Assembly (NCBI GenBank): GCA_036172245.1
Contig: JAYWIR010000032.1
Location: 1,116,001-1,180,000, forward strand
Direction of reading: 5' to 3'
Length of the DNA: 64,000 nucleotides
Origin: Raillietiella orientalis
Lineage: Eukaryota
Part shown: in pieces, positions 13,521-24,280 of the stretch
How the letters are laid out: each line of letters opens with the position of its first letter
Position numbering within the stretch: position 1 is the stretch's first letter
The notes under the pieces: model-generated
The model's database searches: none
The model's input: only the letters and a program-made list of their open reading frames with translations
What the model was told of the DNA's origin: nothing
Translations under genes and position numbers: made by a program

Positions 13521-13789
13521 TTTCAGGATGTTGAAGAGGACTCCTTCGACGAAGAGAGCAGCAGGCGTCGGAGAACGAGAGCAGAGCGGACCCTGCCGCG
13601 TCCCGGAGTGTCCAGGGCACCCCGAGAATGATCTGATTAGCCCGGGGCCGCTCAGCACCCCCCTTCAGGGGAAAGCCCACGCAGAATCGGGGCGGATCCC
13701 TTAGCCAAGCACCAGCGCGTCTCGAAATGAAGTCCTCAAGGGGTAGCGCGGCGGATGTCGCGTCCGCCGCCTCGCTGCCCCTCGGTTTC

Positions 13790-14385
13790 CACCAGGGTGC
13801 GCAGGGGCGTTTATTACAAGCACAAACAGACTACAAGAACTGTGGGTGGACCACTGGTCCAACCACGCACAATTTAAAGGAGATCTGCCGGAACGCAGAC
13901 CGGTTCGCAGACCGGCGCGGTACACCACGGCAGCAGAGGAGAGAGGGCAAACAAAAATAAAAATAAATAGATTTTAGGGGGTTCGGGAAGGGATCACTGT
14001 CTGCTGGTGGCAGTCCGGTCCACCCTCTGTAGTATGTCTGCAAGGTCTTGCTGGATATCCTGTCCAAATGGGGCCATCGCATCGCCATCATGATGAAAAG
14101 GACGGCGGAGTGGATGACCTCTCTGTCGCTGGGTCCTCCAGTTGCTTTGCTCCAGGCTGTGACGATCCCGCGTAGGCAGCACAGGACTGCCAGGGAGGCC
14201 ACTGGTCGAAGGCCGTCGCGAGAGAAGAGGGATTTTAAAGCGTCCCTGGAGTTGCCTCCGGGGTTCCCAGGCCAGCGGCAAAGCGTTCCCAGAGGGACCA
14301 GAGGGCAACAGAGTCCACCAACATGGTGGGGAAGGGATTCAGGTTCCCTGCACCTGACACAGTTGGGGTCCACACACACTCGCTA
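13790..14385 (-). mobile_element. L1/Tx1-like LINE 3' fragment
   Basis: NCVRCREPESLPH (C-x2-C...H), LAVLCCLRGIVTAW, GWT..PPADSDPFPNP, then T-rich 3'UTR and AATAAA. Confidence 0.8.
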
Positions 14386-14389
14386 CCCC

Positions 14390-16150
14390 TTCTGCTCCTG
14401 CTGTCCATGTCCGGGGCGGCTTCCGCAGTCGAGAATTTTTTCGACCTGCTGAGCCGCAGGACAGGACTCCGGGTGAACAGGTCGAAGTCGTCGCTGGTTG
14501 CGCTTGGTGCAACGTGGGCAGGACGACCTGATTGGATCCGCCTGGGGATCCCCACGGAGAGGTACTTGAAGTACCTCGGTGTTCCGTTGGGGGACTTCTG
14601 CCCGTCAGAAGCCTGGTCAGGTCGTCTCCAGAAAGTGGACTCGGCTATCGGCCCGTTCCTGGAAGGCAAGTTTCACTTGCCGGAACGGGCCACGGTGTGG
14701 AACGCGTTCGCGGCCCCCTCCTTCGCCCCCTGTTTTTTGTTTGCCCCGTACCCCGCGAGTTGAGGAATAGGACGAAGGACCTCCTGCGCATCGCTCGTGG
14801 GGCAGTGGGAGGCCCCGTGTGCCTCTGCAAGACTTGTGCGCTCCGCGTCGGGATGGCGGTCTCGGCCTCCTGATGCTGGAGCGGATGGAAAATCAGCTGC
14901 GATGCCGAACCTTGTCCATCGCAGCGAAATACTGGAACACCCCTTGGTGCGTTCCTGCCCGCCTCCTCGTCAGTCGTGTATCCAGAGCCGGAAGATTCGA
15001 AGATGCGGCCTGCTCCTTGGACGCATGGCCACCCTGGCAAAGGAAACCGGCTGCATGGTTTGCAGCCCCGCCAACTCCTCCGCTTGTCTGGAGGAGACTG
15101 CTGGCACGTGGGTGAAGCTCAATGAGAGGAGCCACGAGACGTGGAACTGCCTGCGAATCGGCCTATACGCCCGCCACACTCTGCGGAAGATACTAGAGTA
15201 TCCCGCAAATTGCACGTGGGTTGAGACGACCCCCCTAGCTACGGAGATGCCCTTCCTGAGGGGGGCGCTTCACAGCAGCCGGACGCCGAGGTGGCAAGTC
15301 TCCTGCCGTATCGCAGGCAGAGAGAAGCTGATGAGCGGCTGGACCATGGGAGAGCTGGCGGACGCCACTACCCCAAGCGTCCTTACGCGAGCATTACAGA
15401 GATGGGGCGAGTTGCTGGGCATTCACTGGATGACCTAAAGTGGTCCCCGGTATTTACAGACACGTCTACTCTCCCCCTCAAGTGGCAGGAATCGGCGCTG
15501 CTGCTGCTGCTGCACTGGGGTCTTCCCTGCAACGCGCGCCGCCACCACTGGACGTTCGGGAACGTGGGACAGAACTGTGAAGCGTGCGGGGAAAAGGAAT
15601 CCCTCCCCCACCTGTTAGTGGACTGAGCTGCCCTCCGGCCCTTATGGGAACGTTTTGCTACGACCCTCCGGATGCCGGTCGGCAGCCCCCCAGAGACGTT
15701 ATGAGACTCCTCTTCGTGCGAGACGCCCTGCCACCAGCCTCAACCCTGGCAGCGCTCTGCTGCCTCCGAGGGATTGTGGCTGCGCGGAGCGCAGCCAACA
15801 GAGGAAGCAGCGAAAGTGTACGCCATCGTACACGCGGCTTGCTACCCGCGAATTGCGATGGGATGGCCCCATCTGGAAAATATGCAGAGGGACCTCGACG
15901 GCATCCTGCAAAGGATGGACCCTCCCCCCAGCGGACTGTGATCCCTTCCCGGACCTCCGAAGTGTTCCTTTTTTTTGTTTTCTTTTTATTTTACTTTTTG
16001 TTTTTCCCTCCATTCCCCTCGGCTGCCGAGGACAGTCGCACCGGTCTGGGTGCTGGCGACCCGTCAGGTCCCGTGATGTATTGGCCGTAGTGGGGCCTCG
16101 TACCACGAATGTACAGTTTAGTTCTAATAAACTCCCCGGCGTGACCGGGT
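14390..16150 (+). mobile_element. L1/Tx1-like LINE, 5'-truncated and frameshifted (RT end, thumb, Zn finger, 3'UTR)
   Basis: FFDLLSRRTGLRVNRSKS, LKYLGVPL, LCAPRRDGGLGL and KWQESALLLLLHWGLPCNARRHHW...CEACGEKESLPHLL; T-rich UTR; AATAAA at 16126. Confidence 0.88.
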
Positions 16151-16760
16151 GACACAGCCCAGCTACCTCTCGAGGACCGAAAATCCTTGCGCTCCCCTTC
16201 CAATGTGCTCCTCAAGGAGCGCGCTTCGTTTCCCTCCTCTGGAAGAAAGACGCGTGCTCTGGCACGTCCAGGAAGAGCCGTCGTCCGGGCAGTTCCTGGA
16301 GAGGCGTTGACGACGCGAACGCCAGACGACGTCTGCCCCACGACCTCTCGCAGAATTCCCTACGAGCCGTTTATCGGCTTCCGCCAAGCTTTCCAGCGAA
16401 AAATCCCTTGCAGATCAGCCATGACATGACCGAGGCACACCCTGGTGACGGGCGTTCCTCTCAGCTCACGACCAGATGAATTCTTCGGCCCCCTTCCTCC
16501 ACAGGAAAGCGCCTAAAGAAAAACAGGATCATACGTTCCAGAGCGCACCGATATTTCAGGAATCCTCCTTCATCTTAGGCGATCGACTGTCATGAAGGCG
16601 AACGGATCGCCACGACTCGGGCGGGTTCCTTCGCACCATCCTTTCGTCTCCAGGAGACCAGCTTCAGCAGCCCGAGCTCGGCAGCCACGGGTCAACATGC
16701 CGAAGTGACAAGGGCAGAGCTGTCAGAAGCACCCAAGGCCGGGAAATATCCTCTCAGGTC
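16150..16760 (-). mobile_element. decayed Ty3/gypsy-like integrase
   Basis: Degenerate motifs in order on the minus strand: CHFGMLT (GH.G..T), PFAFMTVD, RHQGVP, VMADLQGIF (sDnG.qF) and GVRVVNASPGTARTTALPGRAR (gi.h..sspyhPqsnG.aER). Stops and frameshifts present. Confidence 0.45.
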
Positions 16761-16914
16761 TGATGAGCACCCATCCGTCCGGGCAGCCACCAAGCGGCCA
16801 CAGCTCCCCACACCAGGAAACCCTCAAGAGGTTCCCCCCACTCGGGCTGAGCCCGCGAATTTCTTTTTTCCCGTAAAGTTCGCTGCACCCGGGGCTCCCA
16901 GACAGTCGACCGTC

Positions 16915-17200
16915 CAGGTACCAACCGGCGCGACGCCGCTGAACTTTGCCAATCGGACGCGGGGCGGCGCTTTCAGCATGATATGGCTGCGATATCCGTT
17001 TCCAGTAGAGACCCTGGTTCGAACAGTTTCGTTTTCGAATGGGCGCCCGGGCGCGGCCGGGCGAGGAACTCGGACCGCTCCTCTTGTACTGGAGGGTTGT
17101 GCCGCGGTCCAAAAAGGATGCCTGCATGCGCTCTCCCATCCAAGTACCAACCGGGCGCGACGCCGCTCAATTTTGCCGATCGGACGAGAGGCTGCGCTTT
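16915..17200 (+). repeat. pair of ~60-bp direct repeats (16915-16973 and 17141-17200)
   Basis: ca.gtaccaaccgg(g)cgcgacgccgct.aa.tttgcc.atcggacg...gcgcttt occurs twice. Confidence 0.8.
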
Positions 17201-17699
17201 TGGCCCGGCACGGCCGTGAACTTCCCGCTTGAGAAATTCTGAGGCTACTCAGGGTGCCGCGCTCGCGAGCCGGAAGAGCTTGCACGTTGCCGACCGTTCC
17301 GAAAAGGGGTGCGTGGCTCCCCGAAGATTCCGCCGCATGGGAGGGACGTCCACTAATCAGGGAATTGCATGAATTCATCAGGGACGCTCGATCTACTTGC
17401 TCTTGCGTTCCAGTACGAGTCCGATCTCCATGTTGACAAGTTCCCGGTTTTCCGCTCCGGTGATCCGGCCACGCCCACTTTCCCAACAGGGGCACTCGAG
17501 ATGTTTTTAATTAAGCTGCCTTTCTCTTCGCATGCATGGGAATCACCTCCCCTGGATCCGCAGAGAGAGAGAATCCGGTCCGCCACCAGATCTTCCGGGA
17601 CCGCTGAAGAAACAGATCTCTTCGAGAGTCCGCTCCCCCTGAGGAGGACAGGCCGTCTCTAGGGAAACAGAAATGTTTTCCGCAGAACCAGACTGCTGG

Positions 17700-18250
17700 G
17701 GATTTTCTTTTTATTTTTACTTGGGAGGAGGGGAAGGGGAAGAAGAGACTTGGAAAGGCTCACGTTTCTTGGCAACGCTTCGGAACACGGCGGATAGGAA
17801 GACCCTGGTAGAGGCAACGAGGAACGCCTCGGGGAAGCTCTCCGCCGCTACCTCTGATTTCACGATGACGTTCCAAGGGCAGTCGAAGCCCTGGCTCGTC
17901 TCCCACTGAAACACCCCCCACGCGCGGTGCTCCACGGAGAACAGGAAGAAGCCTCCTCCTCCGGGGACTCACGGTCGAGTGGATCACGTTCGGAGGCCGT
18001 TCGTATGGATCCATCCTCCTCGCGAGACCTCCAGGATCCACCTTCAGAGCGGGCTGCCTCGGCAGGCGGGCCGCCGCCAACAGGAAGTTCCGACTTTCCG
18101 CGGTTGCTACCGTCCTGCCGCCTATAGCGACCAGCACCTTGCAGTGGGATCCGTAGCGTGCTGTGCCGTAGCCCCATTTTCGCTCGCCAAAATGGGATGG
18201 GCCCACCGGTGACACTCATGGATCCCACGGTTCCCATCCACTCAGAGTTC
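17700..18250 (-). mobile_element. divergent LINE 3' fragment
   Basis: NVIHST matches EVIHSA in other copies; the end motif tttttacttgggag is shared with the 2200 copy. Confidence 0.4.
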
Positions 18251-18599
18251 GCGAATGGGCTACGGTCATCTCGGCACCAAGATCGTCGCTGTACCGGACG
18301 AGACTCCGCTTTCCCTTACGCTCCGACAAGCGCCGGCTGAGGGAAACTTCTAGGGGAACCTACCGCCAGATGTCTCCGTTCGTCCCTACGCCCAGCCTCC
18401 TACGACCCACTTGCTGAAGCTCCCTGCCGCCAGAGTTTCCTTTGGCTCCGTTCCGACCACCTTTCGGGTCCCGGAGCGCGCGCTGCGGGAACGCCCCGAC
18501 GGGAATCGAGCGTCTCGGAACGCCCCGGGAGTGTTTCGCACACGCCCGCGAGGGGCGCGGCCGGCGAAGACGCCCTCCCGCGGGCCGGCAGATCTCCTA

Positions 18600-20231
18600 G
18601 CTTAGGTGCGCCCCTGGACAGCCTCCCAGGAAGCGGAAGGCGGCTGCCCCCGCGATGCCTCGCTTTGGGGCCTCCCCGAAGCAGCTGCGGTCCGCCCTCG
18701 CGAAGCTGCTGGACGATGGACTCCGCTTGTCCTGCATGGAGCGGCGGGGTCGGGGAGGAATCTTGAGTAGGCCTCCGAGACTGCCTGGCTGGAGGCTGCC
18801 TGACCACACATGGCGTCGGTACCTGGACCTCGGACCCGACCTGTTGCTGCATGGAAGAGGGACCACTGCGCCATTCCGAGTGTTCGAGAAATCCCAAACG
18901 GCCTTTGGAGGAGGTCAAGCGAGGGAAAGAGGGAGAACAGGGAACGCTGGTCAAAGATGCCCCCGCGTCAATGACAGGACACTCGTCGAGAGCGCTCTCG
19001 ATTTTGCTGCACCGCCTCAGGAAGAGGGAAGCTGGTATGCTCCGGCATCCGGCTCGCCCGTGGCCGCTTCTGGAACCTCAGTCTGAGGTGCCGGATGAGG
19101 ACCAGCAGGGGCGACCTCATGTCGACCAGAGGGGGGCGAGTGAGGAAAGCAGTGGGAAGACGGCCATCGGGAGGAAAATCCGTGCAGGCGGACGACCCCT
19201 GGAGAGACGGGCACGCAGGAGCACGTCCGCGAGCTGGATAAGAAACGGCCAACTCCAGCCTGTGACCAAGTCAGTCGAGTTTTCAGGGCATCGCAGGCGA
19301 CCCCCGTGACGAAACGAACGGGAGGTCACGTCCTGCTCCGGGAAGCATCCTGCCTCGACCTGGCAGCAGCTTCGTTTAACGGAGGATACATCCATTCACA
19401 GACCATGGGTCTTCCCTTCATCCCGTTGCCAGCCTCCTGCTCACTGCTGGGACATCCGCCATTCTTTCCTTCTCGACCACCTCCCGGGAGATCCTGACAA
19501 GCGAGGAACAGGAATTCCTCTCGCGCCCGCGCGCCTCTTCCCGGAGGCAGTCCGAGATGCCGCGAGCGGCCGCACGAAGGGAAGAACGACCGCCGCTTTC
19601 CGACCTTCCTCTTCCTCCTCCCTCTCTCCTCCCCTTTCCTCCTCTGCACCCTCCTCCTCCTCCACCTCCCAATTCGCCTGCGGGCAGGAGGGCGCCATGG
19701 GACAGCGGCGCCCCAAGCGTTTCCGAGGCAACCGGGGACGTCCGTCGGGGGTCGTCGCCCAATCCAGTCTAACGGCCACGCGCGCTGCTCTCCAACGTGA
19801 GTGGGTCGCTCTCCAAGGATGGAGTCACCAGGACGCCCGGTCAGCGGGAGACTGGGTCAAGAAGGATGCCCTGGACGGCCGGGGAACCGAGCAGCCGACC
19901 AGGAAGACCAGTCAGCCTAGCGCTGGTTCAGGGCGAAGCGGGGACAGTTGCGCTGGGCCGCCACGTCGCTGTCCCCTACGAGTGCCCGTCGATGGCGTTG
20001 TGGGAGCCTCGGGGGTCAGCCTCGCCTCCCGACGAGCAGGGAGAGACGTGCCCGCGGCGGTGTCCTGGACGAGGACTGCGGAGACGCGGGCTGGGTCGCA
20101 CCCGCTGGGCAACCGGGGTGCACGCCGGCAGCGCCTCCTTTCCGGGGGTCAACCGACAGGGTGGCCAAGCCGGAGAATGCTCCCGTTCTCCACCCCCACC
20201 CTTTCCTCCCGAGGACGATCCCCCCTTGGGC
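18600..20231 (+). mobile_element. decayed LINE 5' region (possible ORF1 remnant plus endonuclease)
   Basis: HVLLREA, RGTGIPL, GRTTAAF, PNSPAGRRAPWDS and TGDV follow APE motif order. 19327-20231 is the inverted copy of 5113-5996. The upstream extent is uncertain. Confidence 0.65.
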
Positions 20232-21649
20232 GGAGCCGGGTCGCGTGTTGTAAACGGACTTTCGCTCGTTCCGGAAGCGTCGTCAAGGAGCGCAGCCCCG
20301 TCGCCAGGGAGTGCTGAAGGGGAAGAGCAGGGGGGAATGCTCTCCCTCTCCGCACGCCCCTTTCCCGACGCAGACTTCTGGGAATTCATCAGAGGCATCT
20401 GGCGGGAACAGGTAAGAGGCTCGTCGGGAGTTCTGCGGACCCCATCGGTGGGTGCCGGGCAGCGTTCTCATCGCCAGCGAATTGCTGCGGACTCCTCTCT
20501 GGGGTCGTCCTCGGGAGGCAGCGCATGTGTCATTTTTCGGTCGGAGGAGAACGAGGCGTCCGTCTCTGTTGATTCTGTCCCGGGGCAAAGAAGCGGTACC
20601 CAGACGCCCGGCACGAGGGTTCAAAGATGAGGTCAGGTCACGAAGGGTCGACGCAGGACGAGGGCAGTGGCCACGAGCCCCACCCACTCCCCGTGTGGTC
20701 ATCAAGGAAGCGTTCCGTCTCACCGGTCGGAGGCAAAGGAACGTCCGCGGAAACAAGAGCCTCCGTTGCGAGGAGGACAACGGACGGTAGGAGGAAGGCA
20801 GCCATCGTGGAACACTCTCTGCCCTCAAGGGCCGTGTCCGGGACGACAGTCGGGAGGCCCGCGGAAGAGGACCAGACGACCAAAAGGAACCACCTCCCGG
20901 TACGAGCGAAACGCCGGCGTCTGCACATCCGGAACGGAGAACGGCCCAACGACTGCAGCGCCGATCCTCGGTCGGCGGCCGTCGGCGACGGCGGCGGCGG
21001 CGGCGGCGAGAGCGCAGGAATGCCGCGGTGGGGATGCGCAAGTCGACCGCGGCAACCCGGAAAATGAGTTTTCTTCTCGTTAAGGGAGCGCCAGGCACTT
21101 AACACGGAAGATGAAAGTGAAACGAAAGCTCCGTGATGCGGCTCGAAAGATCTCATTAAAAAGGAGGCGCCTCTTCTCAGCTTCCCCCCGCAAATTTAGG
21201 AACCCATTAGTCCCAGCGCTCCCTTTTCTTCTTTTTTCCTATTTTTTTTTTTTCCTTTCCAGCTTCGTATCCGAGCAACGAGAGCTCCGCAGCGTCCTCC
21301 CCTTGCTTCCCTCTAAGGCTGGCTCAGCCAAAACTCCTCGGGAACAAAGAGGGACGAGGTGCCCCTCCGCTTCCTCACCCCTCCCTCCCTGCCCGACGTC
21401 CGACCCGGTCCCGACGGGGTCGGCTCTCGGAAGTCGTGACGGGCGCGGCTGCTATGACTGTAGTCGCGAGACCGAGGACGAACCACGCCGGGAGGGAGCC
21501 TCCCTGCTCTTCTTCTTTTCTTTTTCTTTTTCGGATCTCAAGGAGTGCTGAAGAACCGTCCACCTCCTTACGAGGGGGGCACGAAGCTCCTTGGCGCTGT
21601 CCGCGTCACGCGGAGGTGCGTGTTAACTCTTCAAGTTGTAGGAGGTAAA

Positions 21650-22290
21650 CCCGGAGGGACTTCCCTATGAGTCCAGAACGGCTCCAGAGGAAAACAGTCC
21701 GTTCCTCTTGCGTTGGGGAGCGAACACTGAGGGAAAGAGAGAAGAGGGAAGAGGTTCCTCCTCTTCCCTATTCTCTCCAGAGGGACCCCGTGTAGGGAGC
21801 CACTCTTCATTTCTCCTCCGGAGGGACCCCCAGGAAAGGATCCGCTCCTGCTTTCCTTTTCTGAAGAGACCTCTTGCATTCCGGAGAGACAACCCAACCC
21901 AACTCCTCGAGGGGATATCAACAAGCTCTGCGGTACGCGATGGAGGATCGCTCCCCTGGGCGGGGGAAAGGGGGGGGGAAGACGGCTCTATATTCATATT
22001 CATATTCATATTCATGAATATCGGAAATCGAAATAGGGAATCAGCTCCCTGATTCCTGGCCAGGACCACGGAGACCAGTCAACGGGGGCGTCCGGGTTGT
22101 TTCCGGCCTCCACCGATGCTGCACCCGGATAGGCCAACCAGCGTCATCTTGCGGGGGGAACCCGAACCCAAAACCCACGACGCGCCCAACACTCGGCGTC
22201 GATCCTTCCCCGGACGAAATTTGCACCCGGCAACGCTTAGAGCCACTCTTGGAGGTCGCAGCCCTGCGACCGCCAACGCGGCTGGAGTCC
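21650..22290 (-). mobile_element. R1 repeat copy, internally deleted, containing (ATATTC)4 at 21990-22013
   Basis: Reverse complement matches the R1 blocks at 960-1090 and 1440-1670. Confidence 0.65.
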
Positions 22291-24074
22291 CTGGGTGCTA
22301 CCAGGCACCCAGATCCACGGGCGCATGGCTAGTGCCGTTCCGGAGACGCCGAGCCGTCCCGGCTCACCGAGTCACTGACAAGGAAAATCTTCTGAATAGT
22401 GTGGTGGTTTTTGTTGCTGTTCTTTTCCAGCTTAGTATCCGCGCAACGTGAGATCCAGAGTTGCGTTTGTCCGAGCGAAGCATTCCTTCGCCATGGAAAC
22501 TCGTTCCGAAACGCTTCCGAAGGGCAGAGCACTCTCCGAGGATGGGCGCCGTCACGAAGTGCCACGAATCCATGGGAAGCGAGTGGAGCGGAATCGGTGC
22601 GCGCGCGACCCTGGGATAGGGTCAGGTGGACGCGCCGTCGCGCGCTGCACCAGATCGCGCTCGCAGCAGCCGCGCCGCTGGGCGGAAACGAGACGGAAAG
22701 AGGAAAACAAACACGAAAGTGGGGACTTTCGGCATCAAAGTATTTGTGGGGGCAGCTAAACGGAGGATCCTCGAAGAGGTTTTCGCAGCCTATTTCCCCC
22801 ACTCCACCCCACCCCACCCTTTTTTTTTGTAAATTCCCTGCTGAGCCAGAAAACGGCATCGACAGCAGCAGGCAAAGGGTTCGGACTGTCCTGTCCGCAT
22901 GAAGTTCGCAAGCCTCCTCGAAGATGGCGCCTTTTGTCCGTCCGTCTCTGGGACGGGCCGGAACAACCCCGAAGCGCCGCCGCGGCTCCAATCCATTCCC
23001 CCTCCCCTACGGCAGCGGTGCGTCCCAACAGGAAGAGAACAGCATCCCGGAGAACTGAAGCGAGGCGACTGGTCCCCCTTTCGGTGGGCTTCGCGGCGAG
23101 CAGCGGAAGAGAGGCGTCTCGCGCTCCTCTGCGTCGCGAAAGCAATCAGGGAGACTTGCGTGCTCAAGACTGAGCTCTCAACTTTCTCGGAGAGAGCACC
23201 TGAGGGACGAGATTGCTTCGCACACAGAGGAGCTGGTTCCTGGAGCGCGAGATTATAATGGCGACCGGGGCACCATTCAAGCGCGGATGCCCCTGATTAT
23301 TGCAAATCTTGTGCTCGAGACGACCCTTGACCTTAGAATTGCGTGAAATAGCAGCGAAATTGCACAAAGAAGAAGCAAAAGTGAAAGCAGATAACCCCGC
23401 CTAGAGATGAGTGTTTCACAAAAGAGCTTCATCATGGTAATGGACCCATTTGGTTACCGCAAGGAAAGCCAAGAGGGACCATTACGGTGATGAAGTAACA
23501 GGAGATGGGCTGTCAGATCAGCAAGTATGCAGATGGAAACAGAAATTTTCCTCTTCTCACTGCGGAAACACGAATCCGCGGAGGGTCCATCGCTGCCGTC
23601 CACATCTGCGTTTCGGCAGGCTTGGAAGAGCGACGGGACCCGCGCCCTATGTCTGTTACGTTCAGGGATTGATTGCGTGCTCTCGAAAAACCGCCACCAC
23701 CGATCGGCATGTCTTGGGGCAGTCCTAAACAGTCAGGAGCAGCAAAAGGGACAGCGCCCAGCATCAACCGCAAAAATTTTCGCTGACCATCATTTGCACT
23801 TCCGTTACCCTTCTTGTGAAAATTCGACGGAAAGTCCAACATCCCCTTTGAAAAACCTCTTCGCGCCTTCTTGGGAGAGATGTCTTCTTGTGAAGCGACT
23901 TCCTGAAGCAGTTTCGGCGATACAGAAGGCATTCCAAGTTTCCTCCGTCTTCCGGTCTTCCAGCCATCAGCAGAGCTGCCGAATTTTGATCGGGCAGTCA
24001 GCACGCCAAGTGCCAAAGTCATCGAAAAAATGAGAACGACCATCAAAGGAACGGACCATCAAAAAGGAAGCAGT

Positions 24075-24280
24075 CGACAATGAAACGGCTGCGTTTTCGA
24101 CAATAAAGAAGCCGTGTACTCCTCGACAATGGAAAATTCGTGTTCTCTTCGACAATGAAACGGCTGCGTTCTCGACAACAAAGGAGCCGTGTACTCCTCG
24201 ACAATGGAAAATTCGTGTTCTCTTCGACAATGAAACGGCCATGTCCTCCGCGACAATGGAATCTCCGTGTTCTTTGGCAA
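24075..24280. repeat. minisatellite with 23/26/26-bp subunits forming a 75-bp higher-order repeat
   Basis: CGACAA anchors at 24075, 24098, 24124, 24150, 24173, 24199, 24225 and 24251. Confidence 0.9.

Noticed and set aside
23450..23560. Mariner-like HTH (YGDEV...LSDQQVCRWKQKF)
   Set aside because: Only a loose resemblance; no DDD catalytic motifs or TIRs found nearby.
24075..24280. CRISPR-like array
   Set aside because: The intervening sequences themselves repeat with a 75-bp period, the constant part is only 6 bp, no cas genes are present, and the context is eukaryotic.
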